DNA of 64,000 nucleotides from Zootoca vivipara (Eukaryota): positions 9,424,001-9,488,000 of the forward strand of contig NC_083282.1 in the NCBI RefSeq assembly GCF_963506605.1. Direction: 5' to 3'. The position numbers and the translations under genes are program-made. The notes beneath the pieces were generated by a model. It ran no database searches, was not told where the DNA came from, and saw only the letters and a program-made list of their open reading frames with translations. Position 1 is the first letter of the stretch. Each line of letters opens with the position of its first letter. Below are positions 62,541 through 64,000 of the stretch, in pieces.

Positions 62541-63761
62541 CATGACCTCGGCTTCATTGTACCGAGATATACAATGACATGGAGAGATGTATCTGCTGCT
62601 AGAGAAAGCAATTATTTAAAACCCAGTTCCTCACAAAGGAGCTTCTAAGATCTTGCAAGCCTCCCCATGTCCTTTCTCTTCCCTTTCTTTCCCGTTGCCC
62701 TTTTCTTTGCTGGTCAATGGGGCTCCCAGTGACCTGTGCAGCCCATCCAAGCGGCCGGGCAGGGGAGCAGGTGGCAGCCCTTGGCTGGCAGCAGCCTTTG
62801 CTGGGAAACAGCGAAGATCAACAGCCCCAATCCACCCAGTAGATGCAGAGCCAGTCCACCCCTTTGACAATAAATGCCGAAAAGTGTGAAGTGAGGTTTT
62901 TTTAAAAAATAAAAAAATCCAGCCGCTTTTTATTTGTTGGATATAATAGTCTATTTTGGGCTTCTTGGGCATTTAGCCTGCCATTTAAAACATAGAACAA
63001 TTAGTCATTTATAAATGGCTGTAGCACATCTGCAACGTTATAGCCATCACCATGGCAACAGCCTGCAGAAGCCGAGGAGAGGAAGTGCAGAGAGAAAAAT
63101 GAGAACCCTGACGTTTTTTGAACACCCCCCAGGATGGGCTAGTAGATTGAGAGGCTGCCACACCCTCAAGAGCAGTCAGTCACCTCTTCTGTCTGATAGT
63201 CATTGAGCCCTTTGATTTCCAAACTCCTTTGCAGTCCTTTGCTTACTTACCCGGACAGTGTCCCTGCTTGAAATTCACTCTCGCTTTGCAGCTGGAGAAG
63301 AGAGGCTGAGAGCAGCTACTCCGTTAAGACCACAAGGAATCTCTGTTCATGCAACAGAGCCAAGGATACTCACGGACGGGGGGTGAGACCATGACTCCTA
63401 GCCCTACCCTAACTTTAGCGCAGGTTCACCTGGGGCTCTGAATGCAGCCTAGGTGCACACATATGAATGGAGGCTGGGGCAGGGGCCAGCAGGCAGAATC
63501 CTGCTTCCAAGAGTTCGTGCCCCCACAAACGTTATACTGTATGTGTGGAATTAGAGGCTGCAGCAAGCATGTTGGGAACCTGAATCAAAAACCCAGGGTC
63601 AGCTCGAGGGAATGTCACCGTTCTGAACCACCTGTTTTAGAGCGCCTCTTGGCCGTGATGTAAAAATTGGGGTTTGGCTTTTGCTTCCCAATTCTCCATG
63701 GGGCTCTGAGTCCATGATTGGTCAGGATGGAGGCAGGATCCGGCGGAAAGCAAGGCAGGTC

Positions 63762-63762
<1 letters not shown>

Positions 63763-63812
<50 letters not shown>
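63763..63812. repeat. (TTA)n microsatellite
   Basis: Read directly. Confidence 0.95.
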
Positions 63813-64000
63813 GCAACAGAGGGAGGGACCCTGAACAAAAGTGTGCAGGAAACCTTTAAAGACTTTGGACATTGCCCAACCCCCTGAGCCAAAGACCACC
63901 CCAAAATCATCATACATACAGCATAGGAGGCGGGTCTGCGGCAGAAATCCTGTCTACCAGGATACCTGATAATGGTCACTGGTTGCATTACCTGGGCAGC

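Overview
Vertebrate genomic DNA, very probably a squamate (lizard), judging by its Sauria/Squam SINEs, BovB, CR1, L2 and Penelope repeats. Five spliced protein-coding genes can be built by hand with GT-AG junctions and consistent reading frames. (1) The first five coding exons of a soluble adenylyl cyclase, ADCY10 or ADCY10-like (- strand, 5734->57, running off the left edge). (2-3) Two intact, diverged tandem LRRC52-like paralogs (BK/Slo3 gamma subunit; 8717-10762 and 13154-18298, +). (4) MGST3 (CDS 25367-32831, +, CpG-island promoter near 22.5 kb). (5) TEDC1 (37278-56703, +, 8 coding exons). Most other six-frame ORFs are repeat-derived or spurious. Main points of interest: a head-to-head ADCY10 / duplicated LRRC52 cluster of putative sperm-signalling genes; five Penelope-type repeat copies carrying minimal hammerhead ribozyme motifs; a non-autonomous Helitron; a solo LTR nested in an L2; a Bov-A-like bipartite BovB derivative; MITEs carrying YY1/ETS arrays or long hairpins; a repeat-borne CTCF motif; and a tandemly repeated NRF1/E2F module in the TEDC1 promoter. 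Gene and repeat names come from recalled family sequences, not database searches.
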